From an uncultured Gammaproteobacteria bacterium (GTDB lineage: Bacteria > Patescibacteriota > Microgenomatia > CAZETR01 > Amesbacteraceae), in NCBI GenBank assembly GCA_964633995.1, contig CAZWKN010000002.1, forward strand, positions 179,119 to 237,187: a DNA stretch of 58,069 bases. The letters are read 5' to 3'. Both the position numbers and the translations under genes were made by a program. Positions within the stretch are counted from its first letter, which is position 1. The number at the start of each line of letters is the position of its first letter. Under the pieces are notes generated by a model that saw nothing but the letters and a program-made list of their open reading frames with translations, was not told where the DNA came from and searched no databases. This document shows positions 25,180 to 32,887 of the stretch, piece by piece.

Positions 25180-26084
25180 AGCGATTTGGTTTTCCCTACC
25201 ACGGTCCATATTCCCCGTGACGAGTCCTCAAGATAAAATGGTTTTACTAGTCTGAGTACTATTTGAAGGATGATAGCTAAAATTGAATAAATAGGATTTC
25301 TTAGCGTTTCAGTGAGAACTCCCTGAATTTTTTGAGACAACGTTGGATTGTGGTCGGCATAAATATTCTGGCTAAACAGTTTTTCAATGTGTACTTGGGT
25401 GTCTACGTAACGGCTGTTTTGAAGGAGAAAATCGTGCAGATTATCTGCAATTCTGTAATAAACACTGGCCGATGGTACCATTACAAATTTGTATCCCTGT
25501 TTTTTTACATCTAGATATTCATATGCGTCGATAGCAAATAAATTTTTGGGGTAATGTATGTTTTTGGCTATGTTTTTTCGCAGGCCATTAACACATCCAT
25601 GTAAATTATGAATTGAATCTCCGGTATTGATTTTTACACGAATTTCATACCAAATATTGACTCCGGCTTCAACAATTTTCTCAAAGAATTTTTTGGCAGG
25701 AAATGGAATGTCATGTCCAGCCACAGCTCCGACCTTGTCATCATTAAACGGTCCGACGAGATCTTCTATTACCGTATCCATTGCCAAAACTGAATCAGCG
25801 TCAAAAGTAATAAATATATCGCTTGTATTAAGGTGATAAAACTGCATTAGTCTTCCGGCTTGACCCAGTCTTTTTCCATCATTAATTAATTTTACGGTAG
25901 GGTGTTTTTTTGCAAATTTTTTTACTAAATCTACCGTGGAATCAGTGCTCCCATCATTAGCAATGTAAACTTTTTCCAATGTATAGTTTTTATGCTTTTG
26001 GGCATAAATAGAATCGAGAACACGGACTATCCCCTTTTCCTCATTAAAGGCTGGAATTCCAATGGTAACTGTAAACTTTTTCAT
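25176..26084 (-). CDS. GT2 glycosyltransferase with a C-terminal TM helix.
   Basis: VTIGIPAFNEEKGI..IANDGSTDST..TFDADS motifs. Confidence 0.8.
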   Translation of the reverse strand: MKKFTVTIGIPAFNEEKGIVRVLDSIYAQKHKNYTLEKVYIANDGSTDSTVDLVKKFAKKHPTVKLINDGKRLGQAGRLMQFYHLNTSDIFITFDADSVLAMDTVIEDLVGPFNDDKVGAVAGHDIPFPAKKFFEKIVEAGVNIWYEIRVKINTGDSIHNLHGCVNGLRKNIAKNIHYPKNLFAIDAYEYLDVKKQGYKFVMVPSASVYYRIADNLHDFLLQNSRYVDTQVHIEKLFSQNIYADHNPTLSQKIQGVLTETLRNPIYSILAIILQIVLRLVKPFYLEDSSRGIWTVVGKTKSL

Positions 26085-27010
26085 TTTGACTGTAACAAGT
26101 TGTTTAAGTGAGCTGGTTTGGATGCATTAATTTTTAGAAAGGCACCCGAACCTAATGTGTGGTGTAGTGCAATATATTTTTCAAAGAACGGTTGTGCGCG
26201 TAAGGCATACTTGTCCTTCAATGTTTTATACACTGCCGAGCAATTGGGCTGGTTTGACAGGAACGAAATATCGTAACCTTTTGCCGTATATACAAAACTT
26301 TCTCCATCAACCAGATAAACTCTATGATTTTTTATCAAAATATTGTTAGGTGTTAGGTCGCGGTGGGACAGATAAAAGTTATTCAAATCCAAGGTGGCAT
26401 AGTCTTTAAGACATGCAGTAAATGTTTTGAAATATAGCATTGCGTTTTTAAAATCGTGAATTATTGTCAACAATGTAATAAATGGCAACAATAACAAGTA
26501 GAACCAGCCTGGACGGATTGTTAGCGGTTTTGCGGATTCTTCGTGACTAATCTTTATTGAATTTATTTTATTAATGACACTGGCTACAATCTTTGCTTGA
26601 TAAGTAGTTGGGAAGTTGTCTAAGGGCGTACCGTTATCAATAAATTCGTAAACAAATGCGGCTCCAAATGACCCAAGTATGCATTCTACTGATTTAGGTA
26701 TTGAAAAACTGGCTTTAGAAAAAACTTGTATAAGATGTTGATTAGTCAGATATTCATTAACCAGAAAATTGTAATTTAAGTCTCTCAAGCCGCCTAACCA
26801 GAGTTTTACGAAATATTTTTTGGAATTTTTTTTGTAAATACAGATGGACATGTTACTGAATTTATCCGATTTTGGAATTTGCCTGACTAGAGTGTAGTTT
26901 CCAAATTTAGACGGGGGCAACTTTGGTGATTTAAAAATCAAAGAGTTTAACTGCAACGCAACCCCGCTAAAAAGCAATTGGAATAAATTTGGTTGCGTTA
27001 AATTGGTCAT
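26081..27010 (-). CDS. Protein-kinase-like fold phosphotransferase (LPS/sugar kinase or APH/choline-kinase-like).
   Basis: Catalytic-loop-like LSHRDLTPNNILI followed by YLVDGESF (DFG-equivalent). It is embedded in the glycosyltransferase operon with ATGA overlaps on both sides. Confidence 0.55.
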   Translation of the reverse strand: MTNLTQPNLFQLLFSGVALQLNSLIFKSPKLPPSKFGNYTLVRQIPKSDKFSNMSICIYKKNSKKYFVKLWLGGLRDLNYNFLVNEYLTNQHLIQVFSKASFSIPKSVECILGSFGAAFVYEFIDNGTPLDNFPTTYQAKIVASVINKINSIKISHEESAKPLTIRPGWFYLLLLPFITLLTIIHDFKNAMLYFKTFTACLKDYATLDLNNFYLSHRDLTPNNILIKNHRVYLVDGESFVYTAKGYDISFLSNQPNCSAVYKTLKDKYALRAQPFFEKYIALHHTLGSGAFLKINASKPAHLNNLLQSK

Positions 27011-30000
27011 TGATTTGTTTGATTCTGATAAACCGGGTGTTTATTTATCATATAGTCATATTTGTGATTTAAATTTGTATTTATTACTTCCATAAATTTA
27101 TTTGAGCAGGTGGGCCAACTGAAATTTTGACCCCAGGCAACTGCGTTTTTGGCAAGAGCGTTTCTAAGTTTTGTATCTTTGACGAGTTTTAGAATTGCGG
27201 CTTCTATGGCCTCCGGGTCCATAGGTTTAACCAATAACCCGGTTTGGCCGTCCAAAACGGAATCCTTCAATCCATCGACATTGGCGGCAATAACGGGAGT
27301 TCCACATAGATTGGCTTCAATATTAGTAATCCCCCATCCTTCTACCATAGAAGGTTGAACAGCAATCCAGCTTTTTGTGAACAATTCTGCCTTTTCCTCA
27401 TCTGAAACCTTGCCTAAAAATTCGATGTTACTTCCCATCTCCAACTGAGCCGCAATGGTTTTGAGCCGATGCTCGTCTTCTCCGGAACCTGCTATATAAA
27501 GTTTAATGTCCGGAATTGTCACTTTGGCATTGGAAACGGCCATAATGAGAAGATCGATGAATTTGTATGGTCTGAGTCGACCAAGGTAGATTACCGAGGG
27601 AAATTTAGTTTTTGCTATTTTGGCTTTTTTAATCTCTACTCCTGGCTCGACAATATTGATTGCCCGGGATTTCCCAAGTCCGATGGACTCAAAAGATTTT
27701 TTAGCGGATGGCGATACGGCCACCATCTCAATGTTTCTGTAAACAAACGGCAATGCTTGGCCTTCTAGAAACATGGAAATTTGCTTGAATGGAAATGCCA
27801 ATCCAGTACGAAACATCTCCTGGTGAACTTGAAAAATTAGACAAACAATTGGCACGCCAAATACATATAGGGGGGTAAAAAATGGAACGCCTTTGGGGAC
27901 GTCAATAATGACGTCGAAATGGCCTCTAAACTTGAGAAGATAATAAATCATTCCCCAAAGAGCTACTGTGAACTGACCACCCCGACGGACAACACTTACT
28001 CCATCTATCGTCTCGTGCTGGGAACTTCTTTGGTCGTTACCGGTAAACATGGTTACCTCATGACCTGCTTTGACCCATTCCTTGGCCATATTATGAACAT
28101 ATAGTTCGGCCCCACCAGCCCAAACGTGCTTTACGTCATACCAGTTAAAGATAAGAATTCTGAGATTGCCGGATGTGGGACGCTTGACGTGCCTAAAGGA
28201 CTTGAATAGGTCCAATAAATCAAGAACGTGGCTTGAAACTATTTTGAGCTGATTTTGAAAAATGTGTAATGTTAGGACCACAAACAAATAAACAAGCCCC
28301 ATGACCAACATGTCTAAGACAACCAATTTCAAACTGGAATGGTAGACATAAAGTACGATTATTTGGAGAATATTTATAAAAAAGCCAACTATTGGAAAAT
28401 GGTACTGCTTGCGAATTTGATGGTAATTGACAATAGTCGTGGCGATAGTGAAAGCCGCCATACTAAGACAAAAAGCTGGCAAGTATGAGACAATGGCCAG
28501 CGCTTTCGGGCCAAATAGAAGCGGTACGGTGATGTAACCTAATACCCCAACCAACACAAAGGCTACGAAACTTGAAAAAGAGATGGCTGCCAGTAGTTTG
28601 TAGAAGACATTTTTGGAATTGGCTCCTTCACCTTCGGCTTTGCTAACAATAGGGGTCACAAACTGGGAAAACAAACTGCCGACAAAATAAACCATTTTCC
28701 CAACTAAGGCAATGAGGGCGTACTGCCCCGCCTGGACTGGGGAAAGAAATATTTTGGCCAGAATAACATCGAGACTTAGGAAGGCCATCGAGGAAAGTCG
28801 AACCAGAATTGATGTCGCAAAAAAACGTCTGGGGAAATAAAGTGTCGTCTGGTCGTCCAGTGATTTGGCAGAATCTTGCATAGATTTGGCCACAAACCAC
28901 ACCACCATAAAACTGACAAGCATGGACAGTGGAATTGAGGCGTAAATATATTCCGGTAGATTTAGATGTACAAAAACCATCGTAATAAGAAGTTTGAAGA
29001 CTGCTTCTAGCACAGAAGACAGGGCCATCAGTCCAAATTTTTGGTAGCCATATAGAAACCCACCATCTACGGCTGTTAGTAAACTTAGGATCCAAACCGG
29101 ACTAAAGATGAGGAATGGTAAAACGGAGTTGGAGTGAAAAATCTGAGCGAGGACTGGCGACAGTACTAACCAAACAAGGGTTAAAAGAATAGAAACAGGA
29201 AAAATACGTTTTCTAAGAGATTGCCAGAATCGTTTAACGGTCACTTGATGCTTGCCCAAAAGATATGCACTGCGGTATGTAACCGTCCTGGAAAGGGCGG
29301 ATGCCGGGATCTGAGAAATGTACAGGAGACTACTAACGAGACTTAACATACCAAACTCTTCTACCGACACGTTCCTCGCCCGGCCCAGGTAAGCGTTGTA
29401 CAGGAAATTGAAAAAGTTGCCAAACAGGGAGGCACCGATGAGTAGTCCCCCGGGGACGTACTTGTAATAATTTTTTAGACTAAACGCCGACTTGACGGAA
29501 ACGTTTAATCCGTGGGTAGTTTTTTCCCAATAGTGGGGCTTGAAAATAAGCTGGGAAAACGCTTTGAAAGCCGCAATGCTGACTAATAACCAATAAAACG
29601 GGATTAAAAATACATATTTAATCACCGGCCAGGCTCCCCGCTTGGCACAACCGATCATGTAGTAATAAACATATAAAAAATTGCCAAAGACCAGGGAGAT
29701 GGCAGCTAAATAAAAGATTATTGACGGGTACAACGCTTCGATGGCCGGACCCACAAATTGGTAGAGAGTAAAGTAGGCAATCGTGGCCAACCACAAAAAC
29801 GGATTGATAATCATAAAGGCCATACGCATACCTATTACGAGTTGGAAAATTAGAGCATGGATGCCATGTTCTTTAATAAACCGGAGGGGATGGCGATTGT
29901 GAACAAAAAAGGTCTGCATGTAACCCTTTATCCACCTGGACCTCTGACGGATCCAGTTGCCGATTTTACTGTTGGCTTCTTCGAGGGTTATAGAATCAAC

Positions 30001-31641
30001 TATTCCGGTGGTGTAACCTAGTTTAAAAAGTCGAGAACCCAGGTCGCAGTCTTCGGTCACATTGAAAGCGTCCCAACCATGAAGCTGCTTTAGGACTTTG
30101 GTTTTGAAATGATTTGATGTGCCCCCCAGTGGAATAGTGGTACTAAGTGACTGCAAACCGGGCAATACTACGTCGAACCACAAAGAATATTCGGCGGTAA
30201 AAAACCGAGTCAGTAGATTTTGGTGGGGATTGTAATAATTTAATTTGGCCTGAAGACAAACTGTCTTTTCAGATGATTTCAAAAACCCCAAATAGGCTTT
30301 TTTGAGTTGGCTTGGTTCCGGTTCATCTTCAGCGTCATAAATAACTACGTATTCGCCTTTGGCGTGGGAAAGACCATAGTTACAAGCTTTGGGTTTGGTT
30401 TTGGGAAATGAATGGGGAACAACCAAAACCCTGAAATACTCCGGCAGATTCATAGATTTGGCGGCTTCTATTGTCTTGGAATCGTCTTCTTCCAATAACA
30501 ACAGCACATCTAACTTTGCTTTGGGCCAATCGAGTTTGGAAATGTTTTCTACAAATTTTGGCAAAACATGGGCTTCTTTGTAGAGAGGACAAAGGATAGA
30601 GTAAGTTGGCAGTTTGTCAGTTTTACAGTTGTCCAGTTCAGCAGATGAGAAAGATAGCTCGGGGGGGAAGTGTAAACTTTTAAGCACCAAAAAGAGACTG
30701 AAGACGACGTCGGCAAAGTAGATAGAGCTAAGAAGGGCTGTAAACACAATCCCGGTAAGAAGCGGGTTAACAAAAAGACCTAAAAACAAAACGGCAAACA
30801 GGCCAAGAAGTGTATATTTTTGCCAAGGCACTAAAGTGTAAATGGCTGAGTGATGATGGGGTAGTGTGGAATGGGTGATAAACCTATGTTTTTTGTAGGC
30901 AAAACCAGCCCCCACCATCGAGTCCGCTCCTGTGGCCGGAAATTCGTAAACCTTGTGTTTGGCAAAACGAGTTTTGATAGCTCCAATACCGATTTGTTTG
31001 GCTGCGACTAAAAACTCCTGTTTAAGTTTGGAAATGCCCACTTGACGGGTGACAAAATCGATTGGAACCTGGCCTAAGGTGTAACCCAGCTCTCGATTGG
31101 TATGTAATAACGGAATATCAATGGACCAAGCCCCAACGAGGGAGGAGTCAATGTGGGTAATTACCTCACGCCGAAAAAGCTTGAGACCAGATTGAATGTC
31201 GCAGTTAAGACCCAATAGTAGGCGGCCAAAAAGGATCGAGTGGGAATTGGAAGCTAGGTGGCGCAAAAAACCAGTGTGAGTGGTAATTCGTTTGGCGACA
31301 ACAACGCCATGGGTGTGCATTTGGTCATACATGACAGGAATTGCTTCGGGCGGGTATTCCAAATCCGCGTCAATCATGGCTAAAACCGGAGCGGTAGATA
31401 AACTGGCACCTTCCAAAATTGAAAATGCTTTGCCTGGTATGCCTTCTTTTAACAGGTGGGTGATGGGAAATTTTTTGGAGAGTCTTTTGAGTATCTTTGC
31501 GGTATCGTCGGTTGATCTGTCGTCGACATAAATTATCCGATAGGATATTTTGTCTTTGAGGGCTTTATCTATGCGCGTGACTAATTGCAAGAGGCTGGCA
31601 GCTTCGTTTTTTGCGGGTATGATTATGTCTAATTCAGTCAT
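27007..31641 (-). CDS. 1544-aa multidomain glycan-assembly protein: Dpm1-type GT2 + TM block + processive GT2 synthase (QRSRW) with TM helices + MOP/Wzx-like polysaccharide-transporter domain + GT4.
   Basis: Module 1 (aa 1-225): IIIPAKNE, YVDDRSTDD, IDADLEYP, TRQVGISKL. Module 2 (aa ~345-590): SILCPLYKE, IYDAEDEP, NVTEDCDLG, QRSRW (nt 29932-29946, hand-verified). Module 3 (aa ~725-1135): long hydrophobic region resembling a polysaccharide biosynthesis/flippase protein. Module 4 (aa ~1160-1544): ILIFNWYD..GGAE and EGWGITNIEANLCGTPVIA (GT4). Confidence 0.8.
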   Translation of the reverse strand: MTELDIIIPAKNEAASLLQLVTRIDKALKDKISYRIIYVDDRSTDDTAKILKRLSKKFPITHLLKEGIPGKAFSILEGASLSTAPVLAMIDADLEYPPEAIPVMYDQMHTHGVVVAKRITTHTGFLRHLASNSHSILFGRLLLGLNCDIQSGLKLFRREVITHIDSSLVGAWSIDIPLLHTNRELGYTLGQVPIDFVTRQVGISKLKQEFLVAAKQIGIGAIKTRFAKHKVYEFPATGADSMVGAGFAYKKHRFITHSTLPHHHSAIYTLVPWQKYTLLGLFAVLFLGLFVNPLLTGIVFTALLSSIYFADVVFSLFLVLKSLHFPPELSFSSAELDNCKTDKLPTYSILCPLYKEAHVLPKFVENISKLDWPKAKLDVLLLLEEDDSKTIEAAKSMNLPEYFRVLVVPHSFPKTKPKACNYGLSHAKGEYVVIYDAEDEPEPSQLKKAYLGFLKSSEKTVCLQAKLNYYNPHQNLLTRFFTAEYSLWFDVVLPGLQSLSTTIPLGGTSNHFKTKVLKQLHGWDAFNVTEDCDLGSRLFKLGYTTGIVDSITLEEANSKIGNWIRQRSRWIKGYMQTFFVHNRHPLRFIKEHGIHALIFQLVIGMRMAFMIINPFLWLATIAYFTLYQFVGPAIEALYPSIIFYLAAISLVFGNFLYVYYYMIGCAKRGAWPVIKYVFLIPFYWLLVSIAAFKAFSQLIFKPHYWEKTTHGLNVSVKSAFSLKNYYKYVPGGLLIGASLFGNFFNFLYNAYLGRARNVSVEEFGMLSLVSSLLYISQIPASALSRTVTYRSAYLLGKHQVTVKRFWQSLRKRIFPVSILLTLVWLVLSPVLAQIFHSNSVLPFLIFSPVWILSLLTAVDGGFLYGYQKFGLMALSSVLEAVFKLLITMVFVHLNLPEYIYASIPLSMLVSFMVVWFVAKSMQDSAKSLDDQTTLYFPRRFFATSILVRLSSMAFLSLDVILAKIFLSPVQAGQYALIALVGKMVYFVGSLFSQFVTPIVSKAEGEGANSKNVFYKLLAAISFSSFVAFVLVGVLGYITVPLLFGPKALAIVSYLPAFCLSMAAFTIATTIVNYHQIRKQYHFPIVGFFINILQIIVLYVYHSSLKLVVLDMLVMGLVYLFVVLTLHIFQNQLKIVSSHVLDLLDLFKSFRHVKRPTSGNLRILIFNWYDVKHVWAGGAELYVHNMAKEWVKAGHEVTMFTGNDQRSSQHETIDGVSVVRRGGQFTVALWGMIYYLLKFRGHFDVIIDVPKGVPFFTPLYVFGVPIVCLIFQVHQEMFRTGLAFPFKQISMFLEGQALPFVYRNIEMVAVSPSAKKSFESIGLGKSRAINIVEPGVEIKKAKIAKTKFPSVIYLGRLRPYKFIDLLIMAVSNAKVTIPDIKLYIAGSGEDEHRLKTIAAQLEMGSNIEFLGKVSDEEKAELFTKSWIAVQPSMVEGWGITNIEANLCGTPVIAANVDGLKDSVLDGQTGLLVKPMDPEAIEAAILKLVKDTKLRNALAKNAVAWGQNFSWPTCSNKFMEVINTNLNHKYDYMINKHPVYQNQTNQ

Positions 31642-31653
31642 TTTTGAGCTGGA

Positions 31654-31684
31654 GAAAAAAATAATTCAACCTGGCTGGTTGAAC
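31654..31684 (-). terminator. Intrinsic terminator-like hairpin (GUUCAACC-AGCCA-GGUUGAAU followed by UAUUUUUUU).
   Basis: Plus strand: ttcaacc at 31665-31671, ggttgaa at 31677-31683, A-run at 31654-31662. It lies between the VanZ-like gene stop and the start of the 1544-aa gene. Confidence 0.6.
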
Positions 31685-31691
31685 TTGGGGT

Positions 31692-31720
31692 ATTATACTC
31701 TGAAATAGCCTATAGCGCAA
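31692..31720 (-). promoter_or_regulatory. Promoter candidate TTGCGC-N17-TATAAT.
   Basis: Minus strand: TATAAT at 31697-31692; TTGCGC at 31720-31715, inside the 3' end of the VanZ-like gene next to its stop codon (31710-31712). Confidence 0.35.
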
Positions 31721-32072
31721 TGAGGAAGACCGAGGAAAAAATTCCCACTGAATCGATTATTACATCCTGTATTTTACCCTCGCGACCGAACACAAAGGTC
31801 TGATGAAATTCATCTGAAACGGCAAAGAGCAATGAAATTATGATTGCAAGCAAAATAATTGCTTTTTTGGACTTGTGAAACGTTTTTTTGAGTGAGTATG
31901 AAGCAAGGATGGTTAGTAGAAAATATTCCGTAACATGGGCCGATTTACGTAACGTAAAATCCTGCCAGGCTACCTGAGATACCCGCAGAGATGGTTGGTT
32001 TGAAAGGTAAAACATGATCCCCATCCAGCAAAACGTGGGGAGCCAGAAAATTAGTTTGGTCAGTTTTCGCAC
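31710..32072 (-). CDS. VanZ-like family membrane protein.
   Basis: 120 aa with several TM helices. C-terminal motif SDEFHQTFVFGREGKIQDVIIDSVG is typical of the VanZ family. Confidence 0.7.
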   Translation of the reverse strand: MRKLTKLIFWLPTFCWMGIMFYLSNQPSLRVSQVAWQDFTLRKSAHVTEYFLLTILASYSLKKTFHKSKKAIILLAIIISLLFAVSDEFHQTFVFGREGKIQDVIIDSVGIFSSVFLIAL

Positions 32073-32086
32073 CTACTAAGTATATC

Positions 32087-32869
32087 CTAAATTGCTTTTT
32101 TGAAGACCAAAAACGTCCCTAAACCTAAAAGAATAAATGCAGAAAAAATAAGCGCCAATGACGGCACTAAACTTGGAGGCCGGGAAGGGTTTTGAACACC
32201 AAGAACGGATGGGGTGGGAATAGGGGTTGGGGATTGGGGGATAGGGGTTGGAGTGGTGAATGTGGGGATAGGGGTTGGGGGTTTGGGGATGGATGTGGGA
32301 ATAGGGGCTAGGGTAGGGGTAAGGGGTTTAGGGGTTGGGGATTGGGGGATGGATGTGGGTCTGGTTGTGGGGTTGGGTTTGGGAACTGAGGTCGGAATTG
32401 GGGTTTGTGTGGGAATGGGAGAGGGACCTGTGACAGAGATGACCACCTGATTAGCCCAGGTCGCACTACTGTTGGCCGACGTGTAGCGGCCAATTTTGAA
32501 ATGATATTCTCCAGGACCTGAATAATATTGGCTGTCAGGATCTAACTTAAACCTGAGTGTACCACTCCAGCTGGCGTCGGAAAAATCTTCGTGTGAGACG
32601 TGAAAATAGAGTGACTTATCGCTGGCAGAATTTATCCATTCTCCGTTATTATTGGCTGTGTAACCAAAATAGTTTGTAGTGTCGCCTTTAAAAAACACCC
32701 CTCTTAGATAGGTTTCTCTACAACTTTGACAAGTTAAGTTGACTAGGATTGAAAAGTCTTGAGTTTGATCAAGAGACGAGGGGGTATTTGAAAATGAAAT
32801 GTCGACTGCTAGAACAGAAGTCGTAGAGACGACAAAAAACAGGAGGATTGCCCATCCCCAATGTTTCAT
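32087..32869 (-). CDS. Secreted protein with a globular N-terminal domain, a long Pro/Thr-rich repeat linker and a C-terminal TM anchor.
   Basis: Signal peptide MKHWGWAILLFFVVSTTSVLA from ATG 32869 (the track start at 32884 is GTG). Linker PIPTQTPIPTSVPKPNPTT...TPTPIPQSPTPIPTPS. C-terminal LALIFSAFILLGLGTFLVF-KKAI. Confidence 0.65.
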   Translation of the reverse strand: MKHWGWAILLFFVVSTTSVLAVDISFSNTPSSLDQTQDFSILVNLTCQSCRETYLRGVFFKGDTTNYFGYTANNNGEWINSASDKSLYFHVSHEDFSDASWSGTLRFKLDPDSQYYSGPGEYHFKIGRYTSANSSATWANQVVISVTGPSPIPTQTPIPTSVPKPNPTTRPTSIPQSPTPKPLTPTLAPIPTSIPKPPTPIPTFTTPTPIPQSPTPIPTPSVLGVQNPSRPPSLVPSLALIFSAFILLGLGTFLVFKKAI

Positions 32870-32887
32870 AATTTGAGTATACACCGA

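Noticed and set aside
32087-32200. Second sortase substrate (the C-terminal hydrophobic helix plus KKAI tail of the PT-rich protein).
   Set aside because: No LPxTG/LAxTG-like pentapeptide precedes the helix; the sequence there is SVLGVQNPSRPPS. I treat it as a plain C-terminal membrane anchor.
32214-32450. Plus-strand ORF encoding a GIGVGDWG.. glycine-rich repeat.
   Set aside because: It is the antisense shadow of the Pro/Thr-repeat linker in the minus-strand secreted protein. There is no independent start context.
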